NCBI GenBank assembly: GCA_050260715.1
Contig: JBLNCO010000343.1
Span: 1-29,175, forward strand
Origin: Hyphomicrobiales bacterium
GTDB taxonomy: Bacteria > Chloroflexota > Dehalococcoidia > Tepidiformales > Tepidiformaceae
Reading direction: 5' to 3'
DNA: 29,175 nt
The notes beneath the pieces were generated by a model, which had not been told where the DNA came from, did not search any database, and saw only the letters and a list, made by a program, of their open reading frames with translations. The translations under genes were made by a program, and so were the position numbers. Below, piece by piece: positions 1-8,558 of the stretch. Every line of letters begins with the position of its first letter. Within the stretch, counting starts at the first letter, position 1.

Positions 1-738
1 GGCGACCGGGTTCGCACCAATCGCCTGTCCGACGGCCCGGCTGCCGCCCTCCGCGCCGACCGCACGCGCGACGTCGCGGTAGGTCCAGGTGTGCCCCTCT
101 GGGATGCGGAGGAGCGCCTCCCAGACCTTGAGCTGGAAGGGGCTACCGCGGAGCACGAGGCCCGGCTTTTCGCCCTGCCCGAACGCCTGGCCGATGAGCG
201 GCGCGGTCGCGGCAGCATCGTGCACGACCTCGGCCCGTTCCCAGCCGCGGAGGAGCTCGCGGAGGGTGGGTTCTTCGCCGCTTTCGCCGACGAACCCGAG
301 GCCGGTCACTCCGCGCTCACTGGCGACGATAACCGCCGGCCCGAACGGCGTGTCGTGCACGCCGTAGCGGAGCACCACGCCCTCACCGCGGCGGCGGTAT
401 TCGCCGGGTGTTACGGCCTCGTAGGTGACGAAAAGCTCGTGCAGCCGCGAGGGGCTCGAGAGGCCGCTTTCGAGCGCAGCTTCGAGGACGGGCCGCGACT
501 CGCGCAGGCGGTCCTTGGCATCTGCGAGCGTGAGGTACTGGAGGAAGCGCTTTGGGCTCACGCCGGCCCACCGCGTGAAGACGCGCTGCAGGTGCCATTC
601 GCTCAGGCCCACGTGAGCGGCGACCTCCGCGAGCGACGGCTGCTCCGGTGCGGCGCTGGCGATGAATTCGATGGCGCGTTCGACGTAGCGGTAGGCGTCG
701 GAGGCGGTGATCTCGGGGGTGTCGAGCGTGGCGGTCAT
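1..738 (-). CDS. Ada-like bifunctional AraC-type HTH / methylated-DNA-protein-cysteine methyltransferase, 3' end runs off the window
   Basis: Not in the ORF track; translated by hand from ATG at 738: MTATLDTPEIT...YRYVERAIEFI...SLAEVAAHVGLSEWHLQRVFTRWAGVSPKRFLQYLT...LSSPSRLHELFVTYEAVTPGEYRR...TPFG...GSPFQLKVWEALLRIPEGHTWTYRDVARAVG...SRAVGQAIGANPVA. GAGGAG RBS upstream. The catalytic PCHR motif lies outside the window. Confidence 0.92.
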   Translation of the reverse strand, partial: MTATLDTPEITASDAYRYVERAIEFIASAAPEQPSLAEVAAHVGLSEWHLQRVFTRWAGVSPKRFLQYLTLADAKDRLRESRPVLEAALESGLSSPSRLHELFVTYEAVTPGEYRRRGEGVVLRYGVHDTPFGPAVIVASERGVTGLGFVGESGEEPTLRELLRGWERAEVVHDAAATAPLIGQAFGQGEKPGLVLRGSPFQLKVWEALLRIPEGHTWTYRDVARAVGAEGGSRAVGQAIGANPVA

Positions 739-813
739 GGGCCGGTCTCCTCGTGGGATGCTTCGAACGTACGGCCGGAGCAGGGGCGTAACCACCCGGA
801 TCTTGCGCTCTTC

Positions 814-1407
814 TCACGCCTCCGCGGCGAGGCCTTCGAACGAATCCATGGGCAGGTACTGGAGGCGGAAAGTGCGGGCCATCAGGTCGCGCCACCCGTC
901 CGCATCGAGGGGTGGGCCCGTGAAGCCCGGGCACTCGACGTGGCCAAGGAGCAGTGGGACATACGGCCCCGGATCGTGGTTGTGGATCGCCGCGGACATC
1001 GAAGCGCGCATGCCATCGAGGTCGCCGTGGACCGGCCGGCCGGTCTCCTGGTTGATGAAGACCACGAAGTGCGGGTAGAGCCGGCAGGCTTCGGGGCGGC
1101 CGTGGTACTGCGTGCAGCGCAGGTCGTCGCCAAGCAGCGCGCAGGTCCCGTTGCGGCGAGCCAGTACGTAGGGCTGAGCGAGCGGCAGCGCGATCGGCTC
1201 CCCGTCCTCGCATTCGAGCAGCTCGACCGGTTCGAGGCCGCTGAAGCGCGAGAGCCGTTCGAGCTCCCGTTCCGAAAGGCTGACGCTGTAGACCTTGCAG
1301 CAGTGCGCGACGCACTTTTCGGCCTGGCAAATGAAGCTCGCCGAGCCGGGCAGGATGAGGTGGTAGGCAGCGAAACGCTCCGACAAGGCGGACCACGCCT
1401 CGCGCAT
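814..1407 (-). CDS. YkgJ-family cysteine-cluster (Fe-S/Zn) protein
   Basis: Cys pattern CQAEKCVAHCC ... CALLGDDLRCTQYHGRPEACRLYP ... ECPG. Start ATG 1407 chosen for the AAGGTGA SD; GTG 1419 or 1437 are alternatives. Confidence 0.85.
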   Translation of the reverse strand: MREAWSALSERFAAYHLILPGSASFICQAEKCVAHCCKVYSVSLSERELERLSRFSGLEPVELLECEDGEPIALPLAQPYVLARRNGTCALLGDDLRCTQYHGRPEACRLYPHFVVFINQETGRPVHGDLDGMRASMSAAIHNHDPGPYVPLLLGHVECPGFTGPPLDADGWRDLMARTFRLQYLPMDSFEGLAAEA

Positions 1408-1557
1408 CCGGTCGATCACCTTCCTCTCAGTTTCCACGCGAACATCGTAGATCCCTTGCGTCGATGCCGCGGGCAACGCAAAGTAATTCGTCGTTGCCCG
1501 GAGCACGGACAGCGCGTATTCCTGCGCCCTTTATTCGTACTGTTTTGGATTGCCATC

Positions 1558-2397
1558 GTGACCAACGAAACCACTAGCGACGGACTCACCGCGGAGGAGC
1601 GCCTCCGCCTTCGCAAGCAAATGACCGACCAGGCGGTGAAACTCGCCGTGAGTAGCCGCTGGGAAGAAGCGGTGTCGGTGAATCGCGAATTCCTCCGCGT
1701 CTTCGGCGAAGAGGCCGAAGCGCTGAACCGTTTGGGCAAGGCCCTTTCCGAAGTCGGCCAGGTGTCGGAGGCGCGCAAGGCGTACGGCCGGGCCATCGAG
1801 CTCGACCCTTCGAACACCATCGCACGCCGCAACCTGGACCGGCTCGCCAGCATGAACGACTCCGTGCCCGCCGGGATGGCCCCGAGCCAGCTCGACACGC
1901 GTCTGTTCGTCGAAGAGACGGGCAAGGCCACCGTCGCCACGCTGCAGGCGGTCGATGAGACGCAGGCCGCCCTCCTCGACGCCGGCGACGTGGTCGAGCT
2001 CGAACTGCAGGGCAACGCCGTGAACGTGAAGACGAAGGGCGGTGCCTACATCGGCATGGTGGAGCCGCGTATCGGCCTCCGGCTGAACAAGATGATGACG
2101 GCCGGGAACCAGTACACCGCGGCGATGGTGACCACCGTGGGCAACCTCCGCGTGATGATCCGCGAGACGTACCAGCACCCGTCGCAGATCGGCCGCGTCA
2201 GCTTCCCGCAGGCGCGCGCGACCGACTTCCGCGCCTACACCCGCCGAGGCCTCCTTCGTGGCCAGGACGAGTCGGAATTCGACGAGGACGACTACGAGGA
2301 AGACGAGACCGAGGAGAGCTGGACCGACACCGGCGACGATATGGACACCGGTGGACTCGGCGTCGATATCGCGACCGACGACGAAAGCTTCGACTAG
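1558..2397 (+). CDS. TPR-repeat protein with a HIRAN-like middle domain and an acidic C-terminal tail
   Basis: TPR motif EALNRLGKALSEVGQVSEARKAYGRAIELDPSNTIARRNL; then AGDVVELELQGNAVNVKTKGGAYIGMVEPRIGLRLNKMM; D/E-rich tail. This is the 3' part of track ORF 91..2397; GTG start at 1558 is inferred. Confidence 0.8.
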   Translation: MTNETTSDGLTAEERLRLRKQMTDQAVKLAVSSRWEEAVSVNREFLRVFGEEAEALNRLGKALSEVGQVSEARKAYGRAIELDPSNTIARRNLDRLASMNDSVPAGMAPSQLDTRLFVEETGKATVATLQAVDETQAALLDAGDVVELELQGNAVNVKTKGGAYIGMVEPRIGLRLNKMMTAGNQYTAAMVTTVGNLRVMIRETYQHPSQIGRVSFPQARATDFRAYTRRGLLRGQDESEFDEDDYEEDETEESWTDTGDDMDTGGLGVDIATDDESFD

Positions 2398-2409
2398 GTT
2401 CGGGGGCGC

Positions 2410-3186
2410 CTACGGGTCCGCGGCCGGCGCCGGCCACTGGCGGCGCCAGAGGTACGCAAGCGCGCCACAGGCAACGCCAACGTTCAGCGACTCGACCCGC
2501 GGGTCCATCGGCAGGGCCACGCGGAAGTCGCTGTCGCGCAGGAGCAGGCGGCTCACGCCTTCGCCCTCGCTGCCCATCACGAGCGCCGTCTTCTTTGGCC
2601 AGTCGAAGGCCGTGGCGGGCTCCGCGCCTTCGCCCGCGTCGGCGGCGACCACCCAGTAGCCGGCATCCTTCAGCGTGGCGATCGCGTGCGCCAGGTTCTG
2701 CGGCGAAGCGACCGGCGCGAGAAAGCTCATGCCCGCACTGGCGCGATGCACGCCGGGCGTCAGGAGCGCGCCCCGGCGCGACGGCAGGACGATGGCATCG
2801 GCGCCGACCGCGACGGCCGTGCGCAGGACGGCGCCGACGTTCTGCGGGTCGGTCACGCCATCGAGCAGGAGCACGAGCGAGCCCGACTCGGCCGGGCGCG
2901 ACGCGACGGCCTTGAGGTCGATGGGCTCGAGCGCGCGGAGGCGGACGAGCACGCCCTGATGCACTCCGCCGCCGGTCAACTCGTCGAGGCGAAACCCGTC
3001 GACGGGGTCCACGCGGAGCCCGCGGGAGCGCGCCAGCTCGGCGAGGGCGAGGACACGCTCGTTCCGGGTGTCACGAAAGTAGCTGAGGGACCGCGCGGCG
3101 CCTACTTCGAGCGCCATTGCGCAGGGGTTGATGCCGAACGCGAGGTCGTCGGGGGTGGAGTTGGGCTTGGGGCGCAGCCGCGGCAC
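2410..3186 (-). CDS. rlmB: 23S rRNA 2'-O-methyltransferase, TrmH/RlmB SPOUT family
   Basis: HQGV, LDGVTDPQNVGAVLRTA, VMGSEGEG and ESLNVGVA SPOUT motifs. Confidence 0.9.
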   Translation of the reverse strand: MPRLRPKPNSTPDDLAFGINPCAMALEVGAARSLSYFRDTRNERVLALAELARSRGLRVDPVDGFRLDELTGGGVHQGVLVRLRALEPIDLKAVASRPAESGSLVLLLDGVTDPQNVGAVLRTAVAVGADAIVLPSRRGALLTPGVHRASAGMSFLAPVASPQNLAHAIATLKDAGYWVVAADAGEGAEPATAFDWPKKTALVMGSEGEGVSRLLLRDSDFRVALPMDPRVESLNVGVACGALAYLWRRQWPAPAADP

Positions 3187-3198
3187 AGCCCGAGTGTA
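3187..3198 (-). promoter_or_regulatory. -10 element TACACT 6 nt before the rlmB GTG (leaderless layout)
   Basis: Minus strand reads TACACT-cgggct-GTG with no SD. Confidence 0.55.
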
Positions 3199-3339
3199 CC
3201 GGCGCGCGCGCCGGGCGTGGAGCAGCGGGCGGGCGGCGCCCCGCGGGCGGCGGCCGCTTTCTTGGGCCTTTCCCCTTTCCTCGCTCCAAACGAGGGATAT
3301 TCATACACTTCGGAAACTTCGCGTTCCCGGAGCCCCCGT

Positions 3340-4167
3340 ATGCCCAGCTGGCGCCTCCCGCTGGCCACCCTCTGCGCCTGCTCAGGCCTTTTGCTGTTCG
3401 CTGCTTGCGGGGATGGCGAAGCCGGCGAACCCTCGTCCACAGCGAGCGACCCGGGCGGCGCCGCCACCACCGACCAGCGCACCAACGTCAGCACTGGCGA
3501 CATCGACACCACCACGAGCCCGAAGCTCGAGGGTCCGGCGAGCAAGTACTCCCTCCTGAACCCCGACGATTTCGGCCCCGGGTACATCACGAACATCAGC
3601 CAGACATTCGAGCTCAACGTCGACAACTACACGAGGAACAACCACATCTTCGAAAGCCCCGAACAGGGCAAGAAGACAATGGAGAGCTGGGGCTACGACA
3701 GCGGCTACGAGACGATGGTGGACCCGGAAGGCCGGGATATTGCCCGCTCGAACGGGGCCTTCGGCGTCATCCAGGAAGTGCACCTGTTCAAGGACGAAGA
3801 GGGCGCGAAGCAGGCGTACCAGTACTTCAAGAACGCGCTCGGCGGGACGGGCCGCGTGTCGCCGGTGGGCATCGAGCCGGTCGGCAACGAGTCGGTCGCC
3901 TGGCGGTACATTAGCGGCAAGTTGAACCCGACGACGAACATGGCCTATTACGTCGTGCTCTTCCGCCGCGGGAACCTGGTCGCGAGTGTGGTGACGAACG
4001 GGTCCGACGTGCTGCTGAAGTCGGATTCGGCGCGCGACTTCGCGGTGCTCATCGACCAGAAGGCGCTCGGCAAGCGCGCCGCGTTCACGCCGACGCCCAC
4101 GAGCAACTACACCCCGCCGGCATCGAGCGCGAAGACGCCGACGCCAACGGGCGGCGGTAGCCGGTGA
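3340..4167 (+). CDS. Lipoprotein of unknown function, paralog A
   Basis: MPSWRLPLATLCACSGLLLFAAC-G signal with lipobox, an S/T/P-rich linker, a globular domain and a TPTP tail. Confidence 0.8.
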   Translation: MPSWRLPLATLCACSGLLLFAACGDGEAGEPSSTASDPGGAATTDQRTNVSTGDIDTTTSPKLEGPASKYSLLNPDDFGPGYITNISQTFELNVDNYTRNNHIFESPEQGKKTMESWGYDSGYETMVDPEGRDIARSNGAFGVIQEVHLFKDEEGAKQAYQYFKNALGGTGRVSPVGIEPVGNESVAWRYISGKLNPTTNMAYYVVLFRRGNLVASVVTNGSDVLLKSDSARDFAVLIDQKALGKRAAFTPTPTSNYTPPASSAKTPTPTGGGSR

Positions 4168-5030
4168 GCGGGAACGAGCCCGGGTCGGCGCCACCGAAGC
4201 GCCCGGCGCCCCAGTTCCGGCCGCCCGCGAAGCGTCAGCAGGGCCGCGGCTCCCGTTTCGCGAACCGCCGCGTGGTGCTCGCCACCGCCGCGCTGGGCGT
4301 GCTGCTCCTGGCGGCGGTCGGGCTGACCATCCTGCTCCTTACGGGCGGCGACGAAAGCCCCGCCGAGGCGAGCAACAGCACCAGCGGCACCGAGGGCGGG
4401 CCCGACCAGGCGCTCCAAGGGCCTGCCTCGCGGTACGTGCCCGCGCTCGAGGAGATGCCCACGGGCTACGAGATTCGCCCCACAGACACCTACGGCCTGA
4501 GCGACCTCCAGTTCGCGGTTGATACCGGCCTCTTCAGGACCGCCGCGGAGGGCCAGGCGAAGGCGCAGGAGTGGGGCTACGAAAGCGGCTACCGCGCAAG
4601 CTACTGGCCCGTGGGGCAGCTCTCCGACGTGGTCCGCGGCACACCGATCGTCACCATCGACACGTACATGTTCCGCACGCAGGGCGGGGCCGCACAGGCG
4701 TTCGACTTCCTGAAGGATTTCTACGACGGGTTCAAGGACTCGGAGAAGGTTCCGGCGAAGGGGCTGGCGAACCAATCTGGCGCGTGGTCATTGGCGCCGG
4801 GCAGCAACATCGGGACATCCGACGTGCCGGCGATATACCATCGGTTCGCGTTCCGGCGGGGGAACCTGGTGACAGTCGTGCAAACACTCGGGCCGAAGGC
4901 CTACATGAACATCGACGCGGCGCGTGGATTCGCCGTTATCGCCGACGAGCGCGCGCTCGGGCAACGGGCAGCGCCAACGCCTACGCCTGCTGGCAGTCCT
5001 CTGCCGCCCACGCCTTCCGCGACTCCGTGA
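4164..5030 (+). CDS. Single-pass membrane-anchored protein, paralog B of 3340..4167
   Basis: Basic N-terminus, TM segment VVLATAALGVLLLAAVGLTILLL, then a domain sharing GPASxY, WGYxSGY and FRRGNLV with the upstream gene. GTGA overlap. Confidence 0.8.
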   Translation: MSGNEPGSAPPKRPAPQFRPPAKRQQGRGSRFANRRVVLATAALGVLLLAAVGLTILLLTGGDESPAEASNSTSGTEGGPDQALQGPASRYVPALEEMPTGYEIRPTDTYGLSDLQFAVDTGLFRTAAEGQAKAQEWGYESGYRASYWPVGQLSDVVRGTPIVTIDTYMFRTQGGAAQAFDFLKDFYDGFKDSEKVPAKGLANQSGAWSLAPGSNIGTSDVPAIYHRFAFRRGNLVTVVQTLGPKAYMNIDAARGFAVIADERALGQRAAPTPTPAGSPLPPTPSATP

Positions 5031-7315
5031 GGGGCGCGACGTTCGGCCGGAGCGGACGGCGGGCGATCGTGGGGCTCCTCGCCCTCACGGGTGCGCTCGT
5101 CTTCGGCGCGCACGAACCGGGGTTTGCGCAGCAGCCCGAACCATCGCCGGCCCCGCCTACCGCCTCGGGCCTGCCCCAGGTTCCGGCGTCGCCGCCGCCC
5201 GCCGGACCCGGCCAGCCGAGCAGTTACGTGCTCGTGCAGTACGCTGTGCCCTCGGTGCGCGCGCAGGGCGACCCCAATGCGCCCCCGCCGACGATGGAAG
5301 AGCAGGGATTCCGGCAGCTCGCCGTGCCACCCGGCAAGACTCAGGCCGAATTCCTCGCCGAACTGAAGTCCGACCCGGCGGTGATCTCGGCGCAACCTTC
5401 GGCGCGCGTGTACGCGGCGGAACTGCCCGACGACCCGTACTACTTCCACAGCCAGGCCGCGTACATGAACCTCATCAACGCGCCGGCCGGCTGGGACCTC
5501 CAGAACGCCAGCGGCGACGTGATCGTGGCGGTGCTCGATAGCGGCGTGGACATCCGCCACCCCGAGTTTTCCGGCCATCTCTGGGAGAACAACGCCGATG
5601 CCGACAGCGATGGCATCGATGACGACGGCAACGGCTGCATCGACGACCGCTACGGCTGCCGCTTCGTGAGTGTGACGTCGGAGAATGCGGCCGGCTGTGG
5701 CTACACCGACTCCACGCCGCGCGGGACCATCCTCGACGACCACGGGCGGCCCGGCACCGACAACTCGCACGGCACGCTCGTCGCCGGGATCATCGGCGCT
5801 TCGGGGAACAACAACGCGGGCATCGCGGGCGCCAGCTGGAACGTGAAGATCCTGCCCGTGAAGGTGCTCGACTGCGGGCCGTTCGGTGGGTTGCCGCAGG
5901 GCGAGATGGGCGATGTCATCCAGGGGATCAACTACGCGGTACGGATGGGCGCGAAAGTCATCAACATCAGCATCGCCAGCGCCCCCGGCGACCAGACCGC
6001 GGACTCGCCCGCGCTGCGGCAGGCAATCGCCGACGCGCAGGCCCAGGGCGTCATCATCGTCGCGGCCGCCGGCAACCACAGCACTCCCACCAACCCGGTC
6101 GGGCCGGGGTACCCGGCGGCCTACACCCAGTACGACAACATCGTCGCGGTCGGCGCTTCGACGCTGAGCGGCACGTGGGCAACGTACAGCGATTCGGGCC
6201 CAGCGCTCGACCTCGCCGCGCCCGGCTTCCCGATTGCGGGGCCGGTGCGGACGGACGTCGGCTTCGACCCGCCGTATGGCACGGCGCCGCAGGGCACCAG
6301 CTTCGCCACACCGCTGGTCAGCGGGCTCTTCGCGCTGCTCCGCGCGAAGAATCCGTCGCTTTCGGCGAGCGACTACGTGAACATCGCGAAGGCGGGCGCG
6401 ACCCCTGCACCGCCTGCCCCGCACGGGCAGAACTGGGCGGGGGCCGGGATCGTGAACTACGGCAATGCGCTTGCACGTGTGCCGGCGATCGTCAGCGGGA
6501 ACGCCCTCCATGACTGGAAGGATGTCCCCGCGGGCACCGAGGTTCACGCCGTCATTGACGGGAACGATTGCGGGTCGTCGACGACGTTCGCCATCGGTCC
6601 GGCGACCCGCTACGAGCTGCGCGTGCGCGGCGATGGCGAGCAGGCGGGGTGCGGGGCTCCCGGCCGGACGATCGTCGTGACGATCGGCGGGCAGGCCGCC
6701 GAGCCAGCGATCCCCTGGGCGCTCAAGAACGAGCCGCTCGCATTCCCCGGGCACAACGTGAGCACCGTCTCGCCGCCACCAGGCGACATCGTTGTCCAGA
6801 CGCTCAACGGGAGCTGGAGCAACGTCGCCCACCTCGGAGCTTCCGGGCCGCTCCCGGCCGCGCTCGATGGCCTTTCGAGCTCCTGGAACGCCGTGCTGAA
6901 GTGGGACCCCGCCAAGCAGTTCCTGCTGTCGGACGGCGCCTACCGGCGCTTCTACAACGGCGCGCCCGGGTACGTGAACGACCTCGGCGGGCTGGACCGC
7001 TACGAGGCCTACTGGATCGACGCAGCGCAGGCGAACATCGCGACCCTGAACCCGGAGCCGGCCCCGGGACGCTCGATCCAGCTCCAGGTGGGCTGGAACA
7101 ACTTCGTCTGGACGGGCAGCGCGGCCGAAGCGGGCCCGGCACTCTCGGCGCTCGATGGGAAGTACCTGCAGGTGCTGAACTACGACAACGCCAGCCGGGC
7201 GTGGCTCTCGTTCATCCCCGGCCAGCCGCGCTTCCTGCAGGACTTCAACGGGCTCTTTCAGTTCAAGGTCTACTGGATCTACATGACGGCCCCGGCGGCG
7301 CTCGTCATGCCGTGA
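5027..7315 (+). CDS. Secreted S8 (subtilisin-like) serine peptidase with C-terminal accessory domains
   Basis: Signal-like N-terminus; catalytic motifs VAVLDSG (D), SHGTLVAG (H), AAAGN (oxyanion N), GTSFATP (S). GTG 5027 overlaps the upstream TGA. Confidence 0.92.
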   Translation: MRGATFGRSGRRAIVGLLALTGALVFGAHEPGFAQQPEPSPAPPTASGLPQVPASPPPAGPGQPSSYVLVQYAVPSVRAQGDPNAPPPTMEEQGFRQLAVPPGKTQAEFLAELKSDPAVISAQPSARVYAAELPDDPYYFHSQAAYMNLINAPAGWDLQNASGDVIVAVLDSGVDIRHPEFSGHLWENNADADSDGIDDDGNGCIDDRYGCRFVSVTSENAAGCGYTDSTPRGTILDDHGRPGTDNSHGTLVAGIIGASGNNNAGIAGASWNVKILPVKVLDCGPFGGLPQGEMGDVIQGINYAVRMGAKVINISIASAPGDQTADSPALRQAIADAQAQGVIIVAAAGNHSTPTNPVGPGYPAAYTQYDNIVAVGASTLSGTWATYSDSGPALDLAAPGFPIAGPVRTDVGFDPPYGTAPQGTSFATPLVSGLFALLRAKNPSLSASDYVNIAKAGATPAPPAPHGQNWAGAGIVNYGNALARVPAIVSGNALHDWKDVPAGTEVHAVIDGNDCGSSTTFAIGPATRYELRVRGDGEQAGCGAPGRTIVVTIGGQAAEPAIPWALKNEPLAFPGHNVSTVSPPPGDIVVQTLNGSWSNVAHLGASGPLPAALDGLSSSWNAVLKWDPAKQFLLSDGAYRRFYNGAPGYVNDLGGLDRYEAYWIDAAQANIATLNPEPAPGRSIQLQVGWNNFVWTGSAAEAGPALSALDGKYLQVLNYDNASRAWLSFIPGQPRFLQDFNGLFQFKVYWIYMTAPAALVMP

Positions 7316-7328
7316 GAGTTGCGGGGTA

Positions 7329-7357
7329 TGAGGCATGGGGCGCCGCCTCATGCCTCA
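7329..7357. repeat. 9-bp inverted repeat after the S8 gene (possible terminator-like hairpin or operator)
   Basis: TGAGGCATG (7329-7337) / CATGCCTCA (7349-7357); no clear U-tract. Confidence 0.4.
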
Positions 7358-7407
7358 CATCCATACCTTTCGGCTACCATACCGGTACTCGTAACAGGGA
7401 GTTCCGC

Positions 7408-8409
7408 GTGGCCGAAACCATCCCCGTCGCCATTACCTTTCGCATCGACCCCGAGCTGGTCGAGCAGATAAAGGCGGTCGATCCGCGCATCCGCATCGTC
7501 GACTTCCCGCAGATCGCCCTCCGGCCAGGCAGCACGATTAGCGATGAAGACCGGGCGAAGGCGAAGGCGGCGCTCGCGGAGGCCGAGGTGGTGTTCGGGC
7601 CGAATTCGTTCCCGGTCGAATTCGTCGACGCGGCGCCGAACCTGAAGTGGTTCCAGGTGATCAACGCGGGCGTCGACCGCATGGCCGAGCAGGGCTTGCT
7701 TACCCGCGGCTTCACCGTGACCACGGCAAGCGGGCTCGCGGCGGTTGCCATCGCCGAATACGTGATCGGCGTGATGCTGATGCTCACGAAGGGGCTGCAT
7801 AAGTCGGTGCGCGACCAGGCGGCGCACCAGTGGGATTTCCGCTTCACGGCCGAGCTCCAGGGCAAGACGGTTGGCATCGCCGGCATGGGCGCGATTGGCC
7901 GCGAGACCGCGCGGCGGGCGCGGGCCTTCGGCATGCGCGTCATCGCCAGCCGGCGCAAGGTGCAGGCCGGCGACAGCGACGCCGACTGCGACCTGCTGCT
8001 GCCGCACTGCGAACTCGACACGCTGCTGCGCGAATCCGACTTCCTTGTGCTCTGCGTGCCGCTCACGGCCGAGACGCAGCACCTCATCGGGGCGGCCGAG
8101 CTGGCGAAGATGAAGCCGACGGCCCACCTGGTGAACATCGCCCGCGGCCCCGTGGTTGACCAGCCGGCGCTCATCGCGGCGTTGAAGGACGGTACGATCG
8201 CGGGTGCGGCGCTCGACGTGACCGACCCTGAGCCGCTGCCCGCGGAGAGCGAGCTCTGGGACCTGCCGAACGTGATCATCACACCGCACGTTTCCGGGGC
8301 GGTGGAAGGGTACGGGCACCGAGCGGCAGAGATTTTCCTAAGGAACCTGCGCCATTATGTCGCAGATGAGCCATTGGAGAACGTGGTGGATCCGGTGCTT
8401 GCATACTAA
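7408..8409 (+). CDS. D-isomer-specific 2-hydroxyacid dehydrogenase
   Basis: GKTVGIAGMGAIG Rossmann motif, VNIARG, GAALDV, TPHVSG. GTG start with an upstream AGGGAG; TACCAT -10 at 7375-7380. Confidence 0.92.
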   Translation: MAETIPVAITFRIDPELVEQIKAVDPRIRIVDFPQIALRPGSTISDEDRAKAKAALAEAEVVFGPNSFPVEFVDAAPNLKWFQVINAGVDRMAEQGLLTRGFTVTTASGLAAVAIAEYVIGVMLMLTKGLHKSVRDQAAHQWDFRFTAELQGKTVGIAGMGAIGRETARRARAFGMRVIASRRKVQAGDSDADCDLLLPHCELDTLLRESDFLVLCVPLTAETQHLIGAAELAKMKPTAHLVNIARGPVVDQPALIAALKDGTIAGAALDVTDPEPLPAESELWDLPNVIITPHVSGAVEGYGHRAAEIFLRNLRHYVADEPLENVVDPVLAY

Positions 8410-8451
8410 ACTTGCGCGCAATCCGGGTTAATCGTGCAGGTATGGTGAACA

Positions 8452-8480
8452 TTGACCCGAAGGGCTGCGCTTCGTACCGT
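8452..8480 (+). promoter_or_regulatory. Sigma70-type promoter of the XRE gene with a palindrome in the spacer
   Basis: TTGACC (8452-8457), 17-nt spacer, TACCGT (8475-8480). The spacer is CGAAG-N7-CTTCG. Confidence 0.55.
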
Positions 8481-8558
8481 ATTTCACAAGCGTATAGATT
8501 TTCCCGTGGCCCGAAGTGGCGGCGGTGGGGCACGGTGGATTCGGAGTTCGAAGGGAAG

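Noticed and set aside
91-1557. N-terminal ~490 aa of the 768-aa plus-strand ORF 91..2397
   Set aside because: It is antisense to the Ada-like and YkgJ genes; only the part from GTG 1558 looks like a real protein.
3199-3214. Perfect 16-bp palindrome CCGGCGCGCGCGCCGG next to the rlmB -10
   Set aside because: It is a pure G/C alternation, easily produced by chance at this GC content, and it is a single copy.
4901-7351. 816-aa minus-strand ORF, and similar long ORFs such as 9052..10947, 10975..12690, 14434..15978, 17201..18379 and 23862..25409
   Set aside because: These are shadow frames opposite well-supported genes. They are R/G/A/V-rich with no motifs, as expected where high GC makes stop codons rare.
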